The position numbers were made by a program, and so were the translations under genes. Shown piece by piece: positions 38,789 to 47,944 of a stretch of 64,000 nucleotides of DNA (the first letter of the stretch is position 1; every line of letters starts with the position of its first letter). The notes beneath the pieces are model-generated. The model did not search any database, was not told where the DNA came from, and was given only the letters and a program-made list of their open reading frames with translations. Source of the stretch: an uncultured Actinomycetota bacterium (GTDB lineage Bacteria > Actinomycetota > Thermoleophilia > RBG-16-64-13); NCBI GenBank assembly GCA_963721365.1, contig CAVRJE010000028.1, positions 5,030-69,029 of the forward strand, given 5' to 3'.

Positions 38789-41700
38789 ATGCTGCCCGAC
38801 CGACCTGACGGCGAGGACGCGCCGGGCGTAGCTGACCCCCTGGAGGGCCGACAGCCCCTCGAGGCGGAGCCTCCGCAGCTCGAGCCGGCCCAAGCGGATG
38901 CCGCGCGATGCCGGAGCCGTCGGCCGACATAGAAGTGGGCGACGAGCCCGACGACGACTTCGAACTGGAAGAGGACCTCGAGCCCTGGCCCGAGCGCAAG
39001 CCCCTTCCGCCCGTGCCCGAGGAGTCCGCCCGAACCTGCGGACCACGGTCCGGTGCCCGGGCGCAGGCGCTCTGCCGACCTGAAGGCCGCGACGGTGTCC
39101 GCCGAACTGGCGGGCGGCCTGGCCGCCGGCGCGGACCGGCTCCGGCCTCGGCGCCCCGGGGGCCGGCGGCGCCGCCCTCCCCGCCCTCAAGCTCCGGTCG
39201 ACCTCGAGCCCCGCATCCACGAGATCGGCATGAGCCTCTACGAGCGCCATGAGTCGAGCGCGGCCCGGCCAAGACCGTCTCCTCGTACGTCACCGGGCGG
39301 GCCATGCAGCGCCGCATCCTCGCCCAGACCATGGCCGACCCGGCCTTCAAGACCCAACTGTTCCGCTTCGTGGACGTCTACCCCAGCATCCGCGACTCCG
39401 GCGACCTGCTGCGCCACCTGCGCGACTACCTGGGCGACGTGGACGCGCCCCGGCCGCTCGACCGGCTGGTGGCCACCGACAAGCGGCGCCTGCCCGGTTG
39501 GGCCGTGACCCGGCTGACCGAGCGGGGCATGCAGCGCATGGCCGAGACCCTCATCGCCGGCCGCGACGCCACCGACGCCCTCCCCACGCTCAAGCGGCTG
39601 CGCCGCCGGCACACCGGCTTCACCCTGGACATCCTGGGCGAGGCCTGCCTCAGCGAGGCCGAGTCGGAGGAGTACGCCCGCCGCTACCACGACCTGCTCG
39701 ACTACCTGCCGGCCAAGGTCGCCCGCTGGGGCGACGACCGCATCTCGACGAGTCGCCCTACGGCCCCGACCCAAGAGTAAACATCTCCCTCAAGGTGAGT
39801 TCTCTCTACTCCCAGATCGACCCGCTCGATTTCGAGGGGTCGCGGCAGGCCCTGGTCTCGGCCTTGAAGCCTCTGTTCCTCAAAGCCCGGGAAAACGGCG
39901 TCTTTCTTAACGTGGATATCGAGCGCTTCGTCCACCGCGATCTCACCTACGCCGCGTTCGCCGACCTGTGCCGGGATCCGGAACTCCGTGACTAGCCGCA
40001 TCTGGGGATAGTGGTCCAGGCCTACATGAGGGACAGCGCGGAGATCGTTCAAGGTCTGATCCATCTGGCCAAGGACCGCGGGACCCCGTTCACGGTACGT
40101 CTGGTCAAGGGCGCTTACTGGGACTACGAGACCATCCTCGCCGCCCAGGAGCATTGGCCATCGCCGGTGTTCCTCCGCAAGGCGGAGACCGACGCCCAGT
40201 TCGAGCGGCTGGCGAAGAAGCTCATCGACAACTGGCAATGGACCCGGCCGGCCCTGGGCACGCACAATATCCGGAGCATCGCCGCCGGCATCGCGGCGGC
40301 CGAAGCGGCCGGACTGCCTCCCTCGGCGGTGGAGATACAGGTGCTGCACGGCATGGCGGATTCCATCCGCCGCGCGGCGGTCAAGCAGGGCTACCGGGTG
40401 CGCGAGTACGTGCCGGTGGGAGAACTCATCCCCGGCATGGCCTACCTGGTGAGGCGCCTGCTTGAGAACACGGCGAACGAATCCTTCTTGCGCCTGACCT
40501 TCGCGCAGCGCGAGGACCCAGAGTCGCTCCTGGTTGCGCCGGCGGCCAAGCTGGCGCGTGCACAGGCGGCGAGCGGCGCGGCCGCGGCGCCGCGAGCGGC
40601 GCAGGACGCCGAAGCCCCGCTCCACGCCCCGTTCCAGAACGAGCCTCACACCGACTTCTCCCGGGAAGCCGACCGCGAAGCCATGCGAAAGGCGCTGGTG
40701 ACCATCGCCGCGAGCGCCGGGCGGGAGTACCCGCTGCTCATCGACGGTTCGCCGGTGCAGACCGGCGAATGGATCACGTCCACCAACCCGGCGCGGCCGT
40801 CTGAGGTGGTCGGCAAGGTCGCGGCGGCGAGTACGCACGAGGCCGACCTGGCGCTCGACAGCGCGGTCGGCGCCTTCCACTTCTGGCGCGATACCCCGGC
40901 CGACGAGCGGGCCGACGTGCTCTTCAAGGCCGCGGACGCCATGCGGGCGCAGCGGTACGAGCTTGCCGCCCTCGAGGTGCTGGAGGCCGGCAAACCCTGG
41001 CGCGAAGCCGACGCCGACGTCTGCGAGGCCATCGACTTCCTCGAGTACTACGGGCGGGAGATGCTGCGCCTTTCCGAGACACGGCAACTCAGCGACGTAC
41101 CCGGCGAGAGCGACCTCCACTTCTACGAACCGCGCGGCGTGGCCGCGGTCATCGCCCCGTGGAACTTCCCGCTGGCCATTCCCACCGGCATGGTGTCGGC
41201 GGCGCTGGTGGCCGGCAACTGCGTGGTCTTCAAACCCGCCTCCCCCACCCCCATACTCGGCTACGCGCTGGTGCGCATCCTGCTCGAGGCCGGCGTTCCG
41301 GGAGGCGCGCTCGCCTTCTTGCCCGGGCCGGGCGGAGAGATCGGCGATTACCTGGCAGCCGACCCTCGGGTGGACCTCATCGCGTTCACCGGCAGCCTCG
41401 ACGTGGGCGTCGGCATCATGGAGGGCGCAGCGGGCGCCAAGGCCGGGCAGCGCAACATCAAACGCGTGATCGCCGAGATGGGTGGAAAGAACGCCATCAT
41501 CGTCGACACCGACGCCGACCTCGACGCGGCCGTCGAAGGCGTGCTCACCTCGGCCTTCGGCTACGCCGGGCAGAAGTGCTCGGCCTGCAGCCGGGTGGTG
41601 GTGCTCGACACCATCTACGACCAGTTTCTGCGCCGCCTCACCCAGGCCGCCTCCAGCCTCAAGTCCGGCGACCCGGCCGACCCCGGCACCCGCGTGGGCC

Positions 41701-42530
41701 CCGTGATAAGCGCCGACGCTCGCGACCGCATCCTGGGCTACATCGAGACAGGCAAGGACGAAGCGACGCTGGTGGTACCGTCTTCGGGCAGCGAGGACCA
41801 GCCCCCCGCCGCGCCGCACGCGGCCGGAGCCGCTGCGGCGCCTGCCGAAGACGTCGAAATCGTCGCCGACCCCACTGAGACCCCCGCGCCGGCTGAAGAA
41901 GCGCCGGAGGAATCGGCTACGACTGAGACCGAGGCCTCCCTCGATGCCGCCGGCGAAGCGGCCGCGCCGGAGGCGCCCGCACCGGACGGTCCCTTGGCCG
42001 CCACCGGTTTCGACGCCGGCGACCAGAGCCCCGCGACCCTCACCGGTGAGCAAGACCCGCCCGAAGATACCGCGGCGCTCACCGGCGACAGCCCAGGGGA
42101 ATCGGCACCCCGTCGCGACGAGCCGGGCTACTTCGTCCAGCCACACGTCTTCGCGGACGTACCGCCTACGGCCACCATCGCCCAGGAGGAGATCTTCGGC
42201 CCCGTGCTCTCGGTCATCCGCGCCACCAACTTCGACGATGCCCTGCAACTGGCGCTCGGCGTCCGCTACGGGCTCACCGGCGGCCTCTACTCCCGCAACC
42301 CGACCCACATCATGCGCGCGGCCCGCGAGTTCCGCGTCGGCAACCTCTACATCAACCGCCCCATTACCGGGGCCATGGTGGGACGGCAGCCCTTCGGCGG
42401 TTCGCGGATGAGCGGAGTGGGCTCCAAGGCCGGCGGTCCCGACTACCTGTTGCAGTTCATGGAGCCGCGGGTGGTCACGGAGAACACGATCAGGAGGGGC
42501 TTCGCGCCGGAGGTGCCGCCGACCGAGTAG
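38789..42530 (+). pseudogene. putA: Bifunctional PutA-like proline dehydrogenase / 1-pyrroline-5-carboxylate dehydrogenase; about 4 frame changes in the first kb and an in-frame TAG (39993-39995)
   Basis: PRODH pieces are MQRRILAQTMADPAFKTQLFRFVDVYPSI..., ...VNISLKVSSLYSQIDPLDFEGS...NGVFLNVDIERFVHRDLT...ELRD-TAG-PHLGIVVQAYMRDSAEIV...RLVKGAYWDYE. The uninterrupted ALDH half follows (ORF 40011..42530: PWNFPLAI, FTGS, EMGGKN, catalytic GQKCSA). Confidence 0.85.
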
Positions 42531-42579
42531 GCCCAGCGATTCACCACGCTGCTATGTCGTCTTACAGCCCGGTCGACGT

Positions 42580-43020
42580 TCAGGGGCCGGCCGGGCTGCT
42601 CTCTTGTTGATCAAGCCACAATACCGGAACGAGGTGCTCGACCTTCCGGAAATCCGGGTCACCGGTGACGACGGTTCCTCGTTCGTTACGGGCGAGCGCA
42701 ACGACAAAAGCATCGCCGAAAGATATCGAATGCCCCGCCTTCACGCCGGCAGCGCTGAGGATCGTTCTAAGGTCGGGATCCACGATTTCGATCTGCAGGT
42801 CCTCCAGAGCGCCGAGCACAGCCTGTACCGCCTCGACGCCGTTCCGCCTTTCGATCGTGTAGCACACCTCGCCCACACTCATTCCCGAGATGAGAACCCG
42901 GCGGCCCGCGGATCTGGCCGCTTCGAGAAGGGCTCTCACGCGCGACCCTCGCGGCTCGCCGAGCAGGTGCGCCACAAGGGCCCACGCGTCGATGACGAGA
43001 GCGGAGCTACTCCGATTCAT
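42580..43020 (-). CDS. vapC: PIN-domain toxin VapC
   Basis: MNRSSSALVIDAWALVAHLLGEP...SVGEVCYTI...SFGDAFVVALARNERGTVVTGDPDF carries the PIN acidic residues. The ATG overlaps the vapB stop by 14 nt. Confidence 0.85.
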   Translation of the reverse strand: MNRSSSALVIDAWALVAHLLGEPRGSRVRALLEAARSAGRRVLISGMSVGEVCYTIERRNGVEAVQAVLGALEDLQIEIVDPDLRTILSAAGVKAGHSISFGDAFVVALARNERGTVVTGDPDFRKVEHLVPVLWLDQQESSPAGP

Positions 43021-43276
43021 CTCGGGCGAAGCTCTGGTACGTGCGCTCCTCCGCCTCCAGCTCCCGACGGCGTTGTTCCAGTAGGTCGTCGAGCAGGAGC
43101 TCGGCCCCCTTGAGCATCCCGTAGCTGTCGTTGATCGGGTCCTTGAGCGCCGGCACAAGCGAGATCACGCCGCCGTAGTCGATGACGTGCACCTCGTCCC
43201 CGGGCCTGAGCCCGTACTTCTTGCGGATGTCGGCGGGTATCACGATCCATCCTTTGCTCGACAACTTCTGCGCCAC
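43007..43276 (-). CDS. vapB: AbrB/SpoVT-type antitoxin VapB
   Basis: VAQKLSSKGWIVIPADIRKKYGLRPGDEVHVIDYGGVISLVP is the swapped-hairpin AbrB motif. The GTG at 43276 lies 5 nt after GGGGAGG. Confidence 0.8.
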   Translation of the reverse strand: MAQKLSSKGWIVIPADIRKKYGLRPGDEVHVIDYGGVISLVPALKDPINDSYGMLKGAELLLDDLLEQRRRELEAEERTYQSFARDESE

Positions 43277-43300
43277 TCCAGCCTCCCCGCGGGTCGCGGA

Positions 43301-43330
43301 CGTTATACATGTCATGTGAAAAGTATAACG
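43301..43330 (-). promoter_or_regulatory. Inverted repeat CGTTATAC-N14-GTATAACG upstream of vapBC (candidate autoregulatory operator overlapping a TATAAC -10)
   Basis: A perfect 8-bp inverted repeat lies 25-54 nt upstream of the vapB start. Confidence 0.35.
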
Positions 43331-43455
43331 CCACCAGGTGCTTTCCGGCGGCCGGACTTTGCGCTTCAGCAGTTTCCCTAGGGGGCCGACTAAGGATGAA
43401 TCGCGGAGAAGCGCGGCGCCCTGCTACCTTCGTTGGAGACTGCCGGCTAGCTGTA

Positions 43456-43483
43456 ATGAGGCGACCCTGTCACGTCGCCTCAT
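43456..43483 (-). terminator. 10-bp stem hairpin just after the agmatinase stop
   Basis: ATGAGGCGAC-N8-GTCGCCTCAT lies 15 nt downstream of the stop at 43498 (minus strand). Confidence 0.4.
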
Positions 43484-43497
43484 ATCCTCCGGGACGT

Positions 43498-44457
43498 TTA
43501 GAAGAAGAAGTCCGGCTGCTTTCGCTTCTCGAACACGGCGCCGACCGCGTCGAGGATCAGGCGCACGCCGTGTAGCGCCGCGAGCTCGCCTGGATCGTAG
43601 CGGGGCGACACCTCCACCAGGTCCATGCCGATGACGTTAGCGCGCTCGGCCACCCCGCGGAGCAGGGCCCTGGCCTCGTAGTAGGTGAAACCACCGGGCT
43701 CTGGAACACCCGTCCCCGGGGCGATGGCCGGGTCGAGACAGTCGATGTCGAAGGTGATCCACGTGTCCACGTCCGGCTCCACGTCTTCGAGCAGACGGCC
43801 TATGCCGAAATCCCGCATCTGCCGCTGCACCGGTTCGCACCAGTGGGTGATGACTCCCCGCTCGCGTGCGAGCTCGACGTTGTCGGCGGCGGTATGCAGA
43901 CTGCGTATGCCCAACTGCACTATGCGGCCGGCCACCTCGTCTTCGTGCGCTCGGATGATGGAGCTGGCATGCGTGAAGAACTCGCCCCCGATGTCGTTCC
44001 AGTAGTCCATGTGAGCGTCGAAGTGGACGAGTTGCACCGGCGGGGTGCGTTCGCCGCGGACGCGTTGCACGCCGAGCAGCAGGGGATACGTGATGGAGTG
44101 GTCTCCACCGAGCACCACGGGAAACAAGCCGGACCGTAGCACCTCGGCCAAACGGGTGCCGATAAGCGGAAAGCTCACCTCGGGTTGCGCCGTGGGCGGA
44201 ACGTAGACGTCGCCGGTGTCGACGAAGCGTACGCCGGCCAGAAGGCTCAGGTCCGCTTCCCCGTCCCAGAAGGCCTCGGCATCGTCGCGGTACGCCCACT
44301 GCCCGGAGATGGAGCGCAGCGCCTGCGGCCCTTCCCGCGCGCCGGCGCGCCCGGTGGTCCCCTCGTCGTACGGCACGCCTAGAACGGCAACATCGCCGTC
44401 GGCGAGCGTAGGCTGGGGCACGTATGGCGACCTGAGAAAGGTGGCCAGACCCGCCAT
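43498..44457 (-). CDS. Ureohydrolase (agmatinase / guanidino-acid hydrolase family)
   Basis: GVPYDEGTTGRAGAREGP, VVLGGDHSITYP, LVHFDAHMDYW, ITFDIDCLDPAIAPGTGVPEPGGF are the arginase-fold Mn-binding motifs. The 319-aa ORF is uninterrupted. Confidence 0.9.
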   Translation of the reverse strand: MAGLATFLRSPYVPQPTLADGDVAVLGVPYDEGTTGRAGAREGPQALRSISGQWAYRDDAEAFWDGEADLSLLAGVRFVDTGDVYVPPTAQPEVSFPLIGTRLAEVLRSGLFPVVLGGDHSITYPLLLGVQRVRGERTPPVQLVHFDAHMDYWNDIGGEFFTHASSIIRAHEDEVAGRIVQLGIRSLHTAADNVELARERGVITHWCEPVQRQMRDFGIGRLLEDVEPDVDTWITFDIDCLDPAIAPGTGVPEPGGFTYYEARALLRGVAERANVIGMDLVEVSPRYDPGELAALHGVRLILDAVGAVFEKRKQPDFFF

Positions 44458-44570
44458 TCTTGTGATGCTTCCTCCTCTTGGGCGCCCGCCGTCCGAAAGC
44501 GGCGGACTTCGCTCATCATCCTACCGAGCGCGGCCTGCGCGCACAATGCGCATCGGGCCACGTCAGTCTC

Positions 44571-44638
44571 TTGACATCGCCGCTGCCGGTTTACGATATG
44601 TTTCGATATATCTAATACTACAACCTGATATATCGAAA
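44571..44638 (+). promoter_or_regulatory. padR promoter (TTGACA ... TACGAT) and perfect 12-bp inverted-repeat operator TTTCGATATATC-N14-GATATATCGAAA
   Basis: TTGACA lies at 44571-44576. The inverted-repeat arms lie at 44601-44612 and 44627-44638, ending 10 nt before the padR ATG (44649) and overlapping its AAGGAG. Confidence 0.5.
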
Positions 44639-44648
44639 GGAGCTACGA

Positions 44649-45348
44649 ATGAACCCCTATCGACACGAGCCCTTCGGGTGGCGCGGCCCCCGCGGCAGCT
44701 ACTACGGACGCGGCAACGTCAAGTTCGCCATCCTTGACTTGCTCAAAGAACAGCCCCGCCACGGATACGACATCATCCGCGAGATGGAAGAGCGCTCCGG
44801 CGGTGTGTACAGCCCCAGCCCGGGCGTGATCTACCCCACCCTGCAGGCCCTCGAAGACCAGGATTTCGTCAAGTCGGCGGAAGAAGGCGGTAAGAAGGTG
44901 TACTCCATCACCGAGGCGGGCGTGGCCTACCTCCAGGGACACCAGGAGCAACACGGCCACGGCCGCCACGGTGAGGGTCGCCGCCCGCCCTTCCCGTTCG
45001 GCCCCGGCCGCACCGGCGCCGGCCCGTGCGGCGGCCCGGGCGGCGCCGGCGAAGCAGACGCGGGCGACCAGGCAGCCTCCGGGGCCGAAGGCCAAGCCGG
45101 AGAGCCGCACAGGGGCGAAGCCCCCCGAGGCCCGGAAGGCGGCCGCCGCGGCCGCGGACACGGTCCCGCATGGGGTCCGAGGTTCGTCTCGAGCGGTGGC
45201 CCGGAGACTCATGCGCGAGATGCGCTGGATGTTCGGCGACTTCGCCGGTTCGATGCAGCGCACCCTCGGCGATCCCGACAAATTGAGGGAGATCCGCGAG
45301 GTGCTACGCGAAGCCAAGGCCAAGATCGACGAGATAGTGATGCAATAG
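44649..45348 (+). pseudogene. PadR-family transcriptional regulator with extended C-terminus, at least one frame change (~44990-45170)
   Basis: GNVKFAILDLLKEQPRHGYDIIREMEERSGGVYSPSPGVIYPTLQALEDQDFVKSAEEGGKKVYSITEAGVAYL is the winged-helix part. The C-terminal helix RRLMREMRWMFGDFAGSMQRTLGDPDKLREIREVLREAKAKIDEIVMQ-stop is in ORF 44971..45348. Confidence 0.75.
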
Positions 45349-45406
45349 TTAGCCGCGGCCGGCACGGCGCCGCGGCCGTCGGGATGTTACGGCGAGCGGG
45401 GCGGCG

Positions 45407-46432
45407 CTAACTGCCGTCCAGCCGCCACAACCCCGCTGCCCGGACCTCTGCAAGTGCCGCCTGATATTCTGCCGCGCTAGGAGCGCGGCAGATGGCGGCG
45501 CAGTCGGCGGCGGCGGCGCCCCAGGCTTCGCCCGCCGCACCCGGCTGGACGGCGCGGCGGTCCCGCCGCAACCCAACTCGCCTCGTGTCGCTTTGAAGGC
45601 CGGCCGGTACTGATCCATGACGTTGATGTAGGTGTCGCGCGACACCTCGTCCGCAAGGAAGCGGGCCGTGGCCGCGGAGCCGGCCAGCCCGCCGGGCAAG
45701 ACCAGGTGGCGCACAAGAAGCCCCCGCGAGGCCACACCGCGCTCGTCGAGCTCCAAGTCGCCCACCTGCCGGTGCATCTCCAGCAAGGCGGCGCGGTTGC
45801 GCGCCACATAGTCGCCCACCCCGGACAGCCGCTCCCCCACCGCCTCGTCGCTGTACTTCATGTCGGGCATGTAGATGTCCACCACCCCATCGAGCAGCCG
45901 CAACGTGTGGACCGCGTCGTAGCCGCCGGAGTTGTAGACGAAGGGCAGCCGCAGCCCACGCTCCGCCGCCACCGCGACGCGCCGCCAGGATCTGCGGCAC
46001 CACGTGGCTGGGCGACACCAGGTTGATGTTCTCGCAGCCCGCCGCCTGCAGGCTCAGCATCATCTCCGCGATCCGCCCCGCCGGGATCTCCCACGCAGCG
46101 CGCAGTTCGCCCGACGCCGCCGCCGGCTGGCTGATGTCGAAGTTCTGGCAGAACACGCAGTTCAGGTTGCAGCCGGCGAAGAAGATGGTCCCCGACCCGC
46201 CGCGCCCCACCAGCGGGGCCTCCTCGCCAAGATGCGGACCGTAGCTCGCCACCTGGGCCGGAGCGCCAACATGGCAGACGCCCAGTTCGCCGGCGATGCG
46301 ATCCACCCGGCAGTTCCGCGGACAAGTGACGCAGCGGCGCAACAGCGCCTGCGCCCGGCGGGCCCGCTCGGCCAACTCGCCGGATTCATGCAGGGCCAGA
46401 TACGCGGGCCGCCTAGCGCCGGTCGCTCCCAT
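45407..46432 (-). pseudogene. PflX-type radical SAM protein (pyruvate formate-lyase activase homolog), about 3 frame changes
   Basis: ...LRRCVTCPRNCRVDRIAGELGVCHVG...GSGTIFFAGCNLNCVFCQNFDISQ (CxxxCxxC)...INLVSPSHVVPQILAA / ...AAERGLRLPFVYNSGGYDAVHTLRLLDGVVDIYMPDMKYSDEAVGERLSGV...LLVRHLVLPGGLAGS...YINVMDQYRPAFKA / ...AEYQAALAEVRAAGLWRLDGS-stop. Confidence 0.75.
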
Positions 46433-46453
46433 TTCCGCGGCCGTCGTGGATCC

Positions 46454-46985
46454 CTACTCCACCAGCACGAACGCGTAGCGGTCCATCATCTGCGACCGGT
46501 CGGTGAGCACCTCTATGGGGTAGCCGAGTTCCCGCGCCGTCGCGAACACGTCCACGGCCAGAGCCTCGGGGGTCGGGCGGCTGTCCTCCGGGTAGCGACA
46601 CTCCGCCCGCGTGCCGGCGCAATCGGGACACGCCGAACAGGTGCCGGGAAAGAGCACCATGGCTTTGTAGTACCCGGCGAGGAAGACGGCCCGCTCCAAC
46701 CGGAGAAGCTTCGGGTTGGTCTCCTGCTTCCAGGCGGTGAGGCCGGCCTCGTCACACCCGGGCACCTGCATGTGGATGACTGCGATGCGCTCGTAGTCGG
46801 CAAAGAACTGGACGCATTCCTCCACCGGCGGCACGTTGGGGGGACAGTTGGCTTTGCGAGCGTACCCGTCGCAGGCGTAGGTGCACTTGGCCCGCACCCA
46901 GTGGGCCTACGGCGATCTTGGAGCCGTCGGTCCAGCGAAAATCGGGGAAGCCTGCCGAGATGATCAGTTGGTTCAGCCTGTCCAC
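46454..46985 (-). pseudogene. DUF2284-family predicted metal-binding protein, one frame change (~46900)
   Basis: MDRLNQLIISAGFPDFRWTDGSKIAVG is followed by ...RAKCTYACDGYARKANCPPNVPPVEECVQFFADYERIAVIHMQVP...FPGTCSACPDCAGTRAECRYPEDSRPTPEALAVDVF. Confidence 0.7.
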
Positions 46986-47068
46986 GCCACCCTCCAGTCA
47001 GCGGAGTTCGATGCCTCAGGATAGCGCGCGGGGGCAGCCTGCGGTGCGGGCGACTTACGGCAGCCGCG

Positions 47069-47479
47069 CTACTGCTCGCCCGCCGCCGCAACGCGATCGG
47101 CGTTGCGCTTGGGGCGCCTGGTCTTTCGTTCGCCCACAGGAAGCGTGTCCATCGCCCCAATCCCTTCCGCCAACAGACTGACGATCAACGTGTTGAGCGA
47201 AACGTCCTCCATCCGCGCCCGGCCCGCCAGTCTCTGGTGTAAGGTCCGCGGCATCCGCACCCGCGTCTGACCGCTGAAGCTCGAAAGAACCTGTGGCTCC
47301 GGAGGCTCGTCTCCGGTTTCAGCCATATCCTCCAGGAAGGCCTCTGCAACCATGAGGGCTTCTCGAACTGCCTGATCGGGCTTCTTGCTCAAAGCGCTCA
47401 GGTAGGGGAACTCCGGGATGAGCGCGACATACTCCCCGTCTTCTTCGCTCCAGAAGAGCTGCATCGAGTACTTGAACAT
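47069..47479 (-). CDS. hicB: HicB-family antitoxin (RNase-H-like fold plus C-terminal RHH)
   Basis: MFKYSMQLFWSEEDGEYVALIPEFPYLSALSKKPDQAVREALMVAEAFLEDMAETGDEPPEP...RVRMPRTLHQRLAGRARMEDVSLNTLIVSLLAEG. Confidence 0.85.
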   Translation of the reverse strand: MFKYSMQLFWSEEDGEYVALIPEFPYLSALSKKPDQAVREALMVAEAFLEDMAETGDEPPEPQVLSSFSGQTRVRMPRTLHQRLAGRARMEDVSLNTLIVSLLAEGIGAMDTLPVGERKTRRPKRNADRVAAAGEQ

Positions 47480-47480
47480 G

Positions 47481-47663
47481 TCACCACCCCCGAAGGTCTT
47501 CGTGATCGATTATCGCCGCGACTTCCCTGACCTGGCACTCCTTCGCCTTTCCTCCTAGAGGTTGCAGGTTCAGAATGAGCTCCGGGTGATCGCGGTGACG
47601 GAATATGCGATGAGAGCCTCTTGGCCGGGTTTCTACAAATCCCACTGCTTCCACGAGTCGCAC
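47481..47663 (-). CDS. hicA: HicA-family mRNA-interferase toxin; N-terminus appears truncated or lacks a canonical start
   Basis: RLVEAVGFVETRPRGSHRIFRHRDHPELILNLQPLGGKAKECQVREVAAIIDHEDL. The homologous N-terminal helix (ANTRFEDLV) continues upstream in frame. No ATG/GTG/TTG exists between the upstream TAA (~47706) and the GTG at 47663. Confidence 0.7.
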   Translation of the reverse strand: MRLVEAVGFVETRPRGSHRIFRHRDHPELILNLQPLGGKAKECQVREVAAIIDHEDLRGW

Positions 47664-47891
47664 GAGGTCCTCAAACCGCGTGTTCGCCGGCGCAGAGGCT
47701 GCCTCTTAGGTAGAGCTTCTCGAGTTGGATCACCCGCGACCAGCCTCACCTTTATGGTACCAGATTCGGTATCATAATCAACGCACTCCCCTCTCTGTCT
47801 CTCGCGTGTGGCAAGCGAAGGTAGAGCAAGAGGATCAGCTCTACCCTCCACCCTTTGGTTGGTCCTGGCGCGTTCTGGCGGCTCCGCTCTC

Positions 47892-47944
47892 TTGCTATCC
47901 GAACATTTGTTTGTTTATAATCTGCTCCTACGAACATATGTTCA
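47892..47944 (+). promoter_or_regulatory. SOS-type promoter: TTGCTA-N18-TATAAT with two LexA (Cheo-type) boxes
   Basis: The -35 TTGCTA lies at 47892-47897 and the -10 TATAAT at 47916-47921. Box 1 is CGAACATTTGTTTG (47900-47913, inside the spacer). Box 2 is CGAACATATGTTCA (47931-47944, just downstream). Each box has one mismatch to CGAACNNNNGTTCG. Confidence 0.65.

Noticed and set aside
33695-39995. Stop-codon reassignment or pyrrolysine as an explanation for the two in-frame TAG codons (33695-33697 and 39993-39995).
   Set aside because: TAG terminates intact genes in the window, for example the SDR at 957 and the M24/isochorismatase junction. The putA TAG replaces a conserved Trp codon by a single G to A change. 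No pyl genes are present.
47700-47860. A tRNA or tRNA remnant, suggested by GGTAGAGC (D-arm-like) strings and a GGTAGAGC-N10-GCTCTACC hairpin at 47820-47846.
   Set aside because: No acceptor stem, anticodon arm or GTTCGAATC-type T-loop can be assembled on either strand. It is probably just a hairpin in the hicA-dnaE2 spacer.
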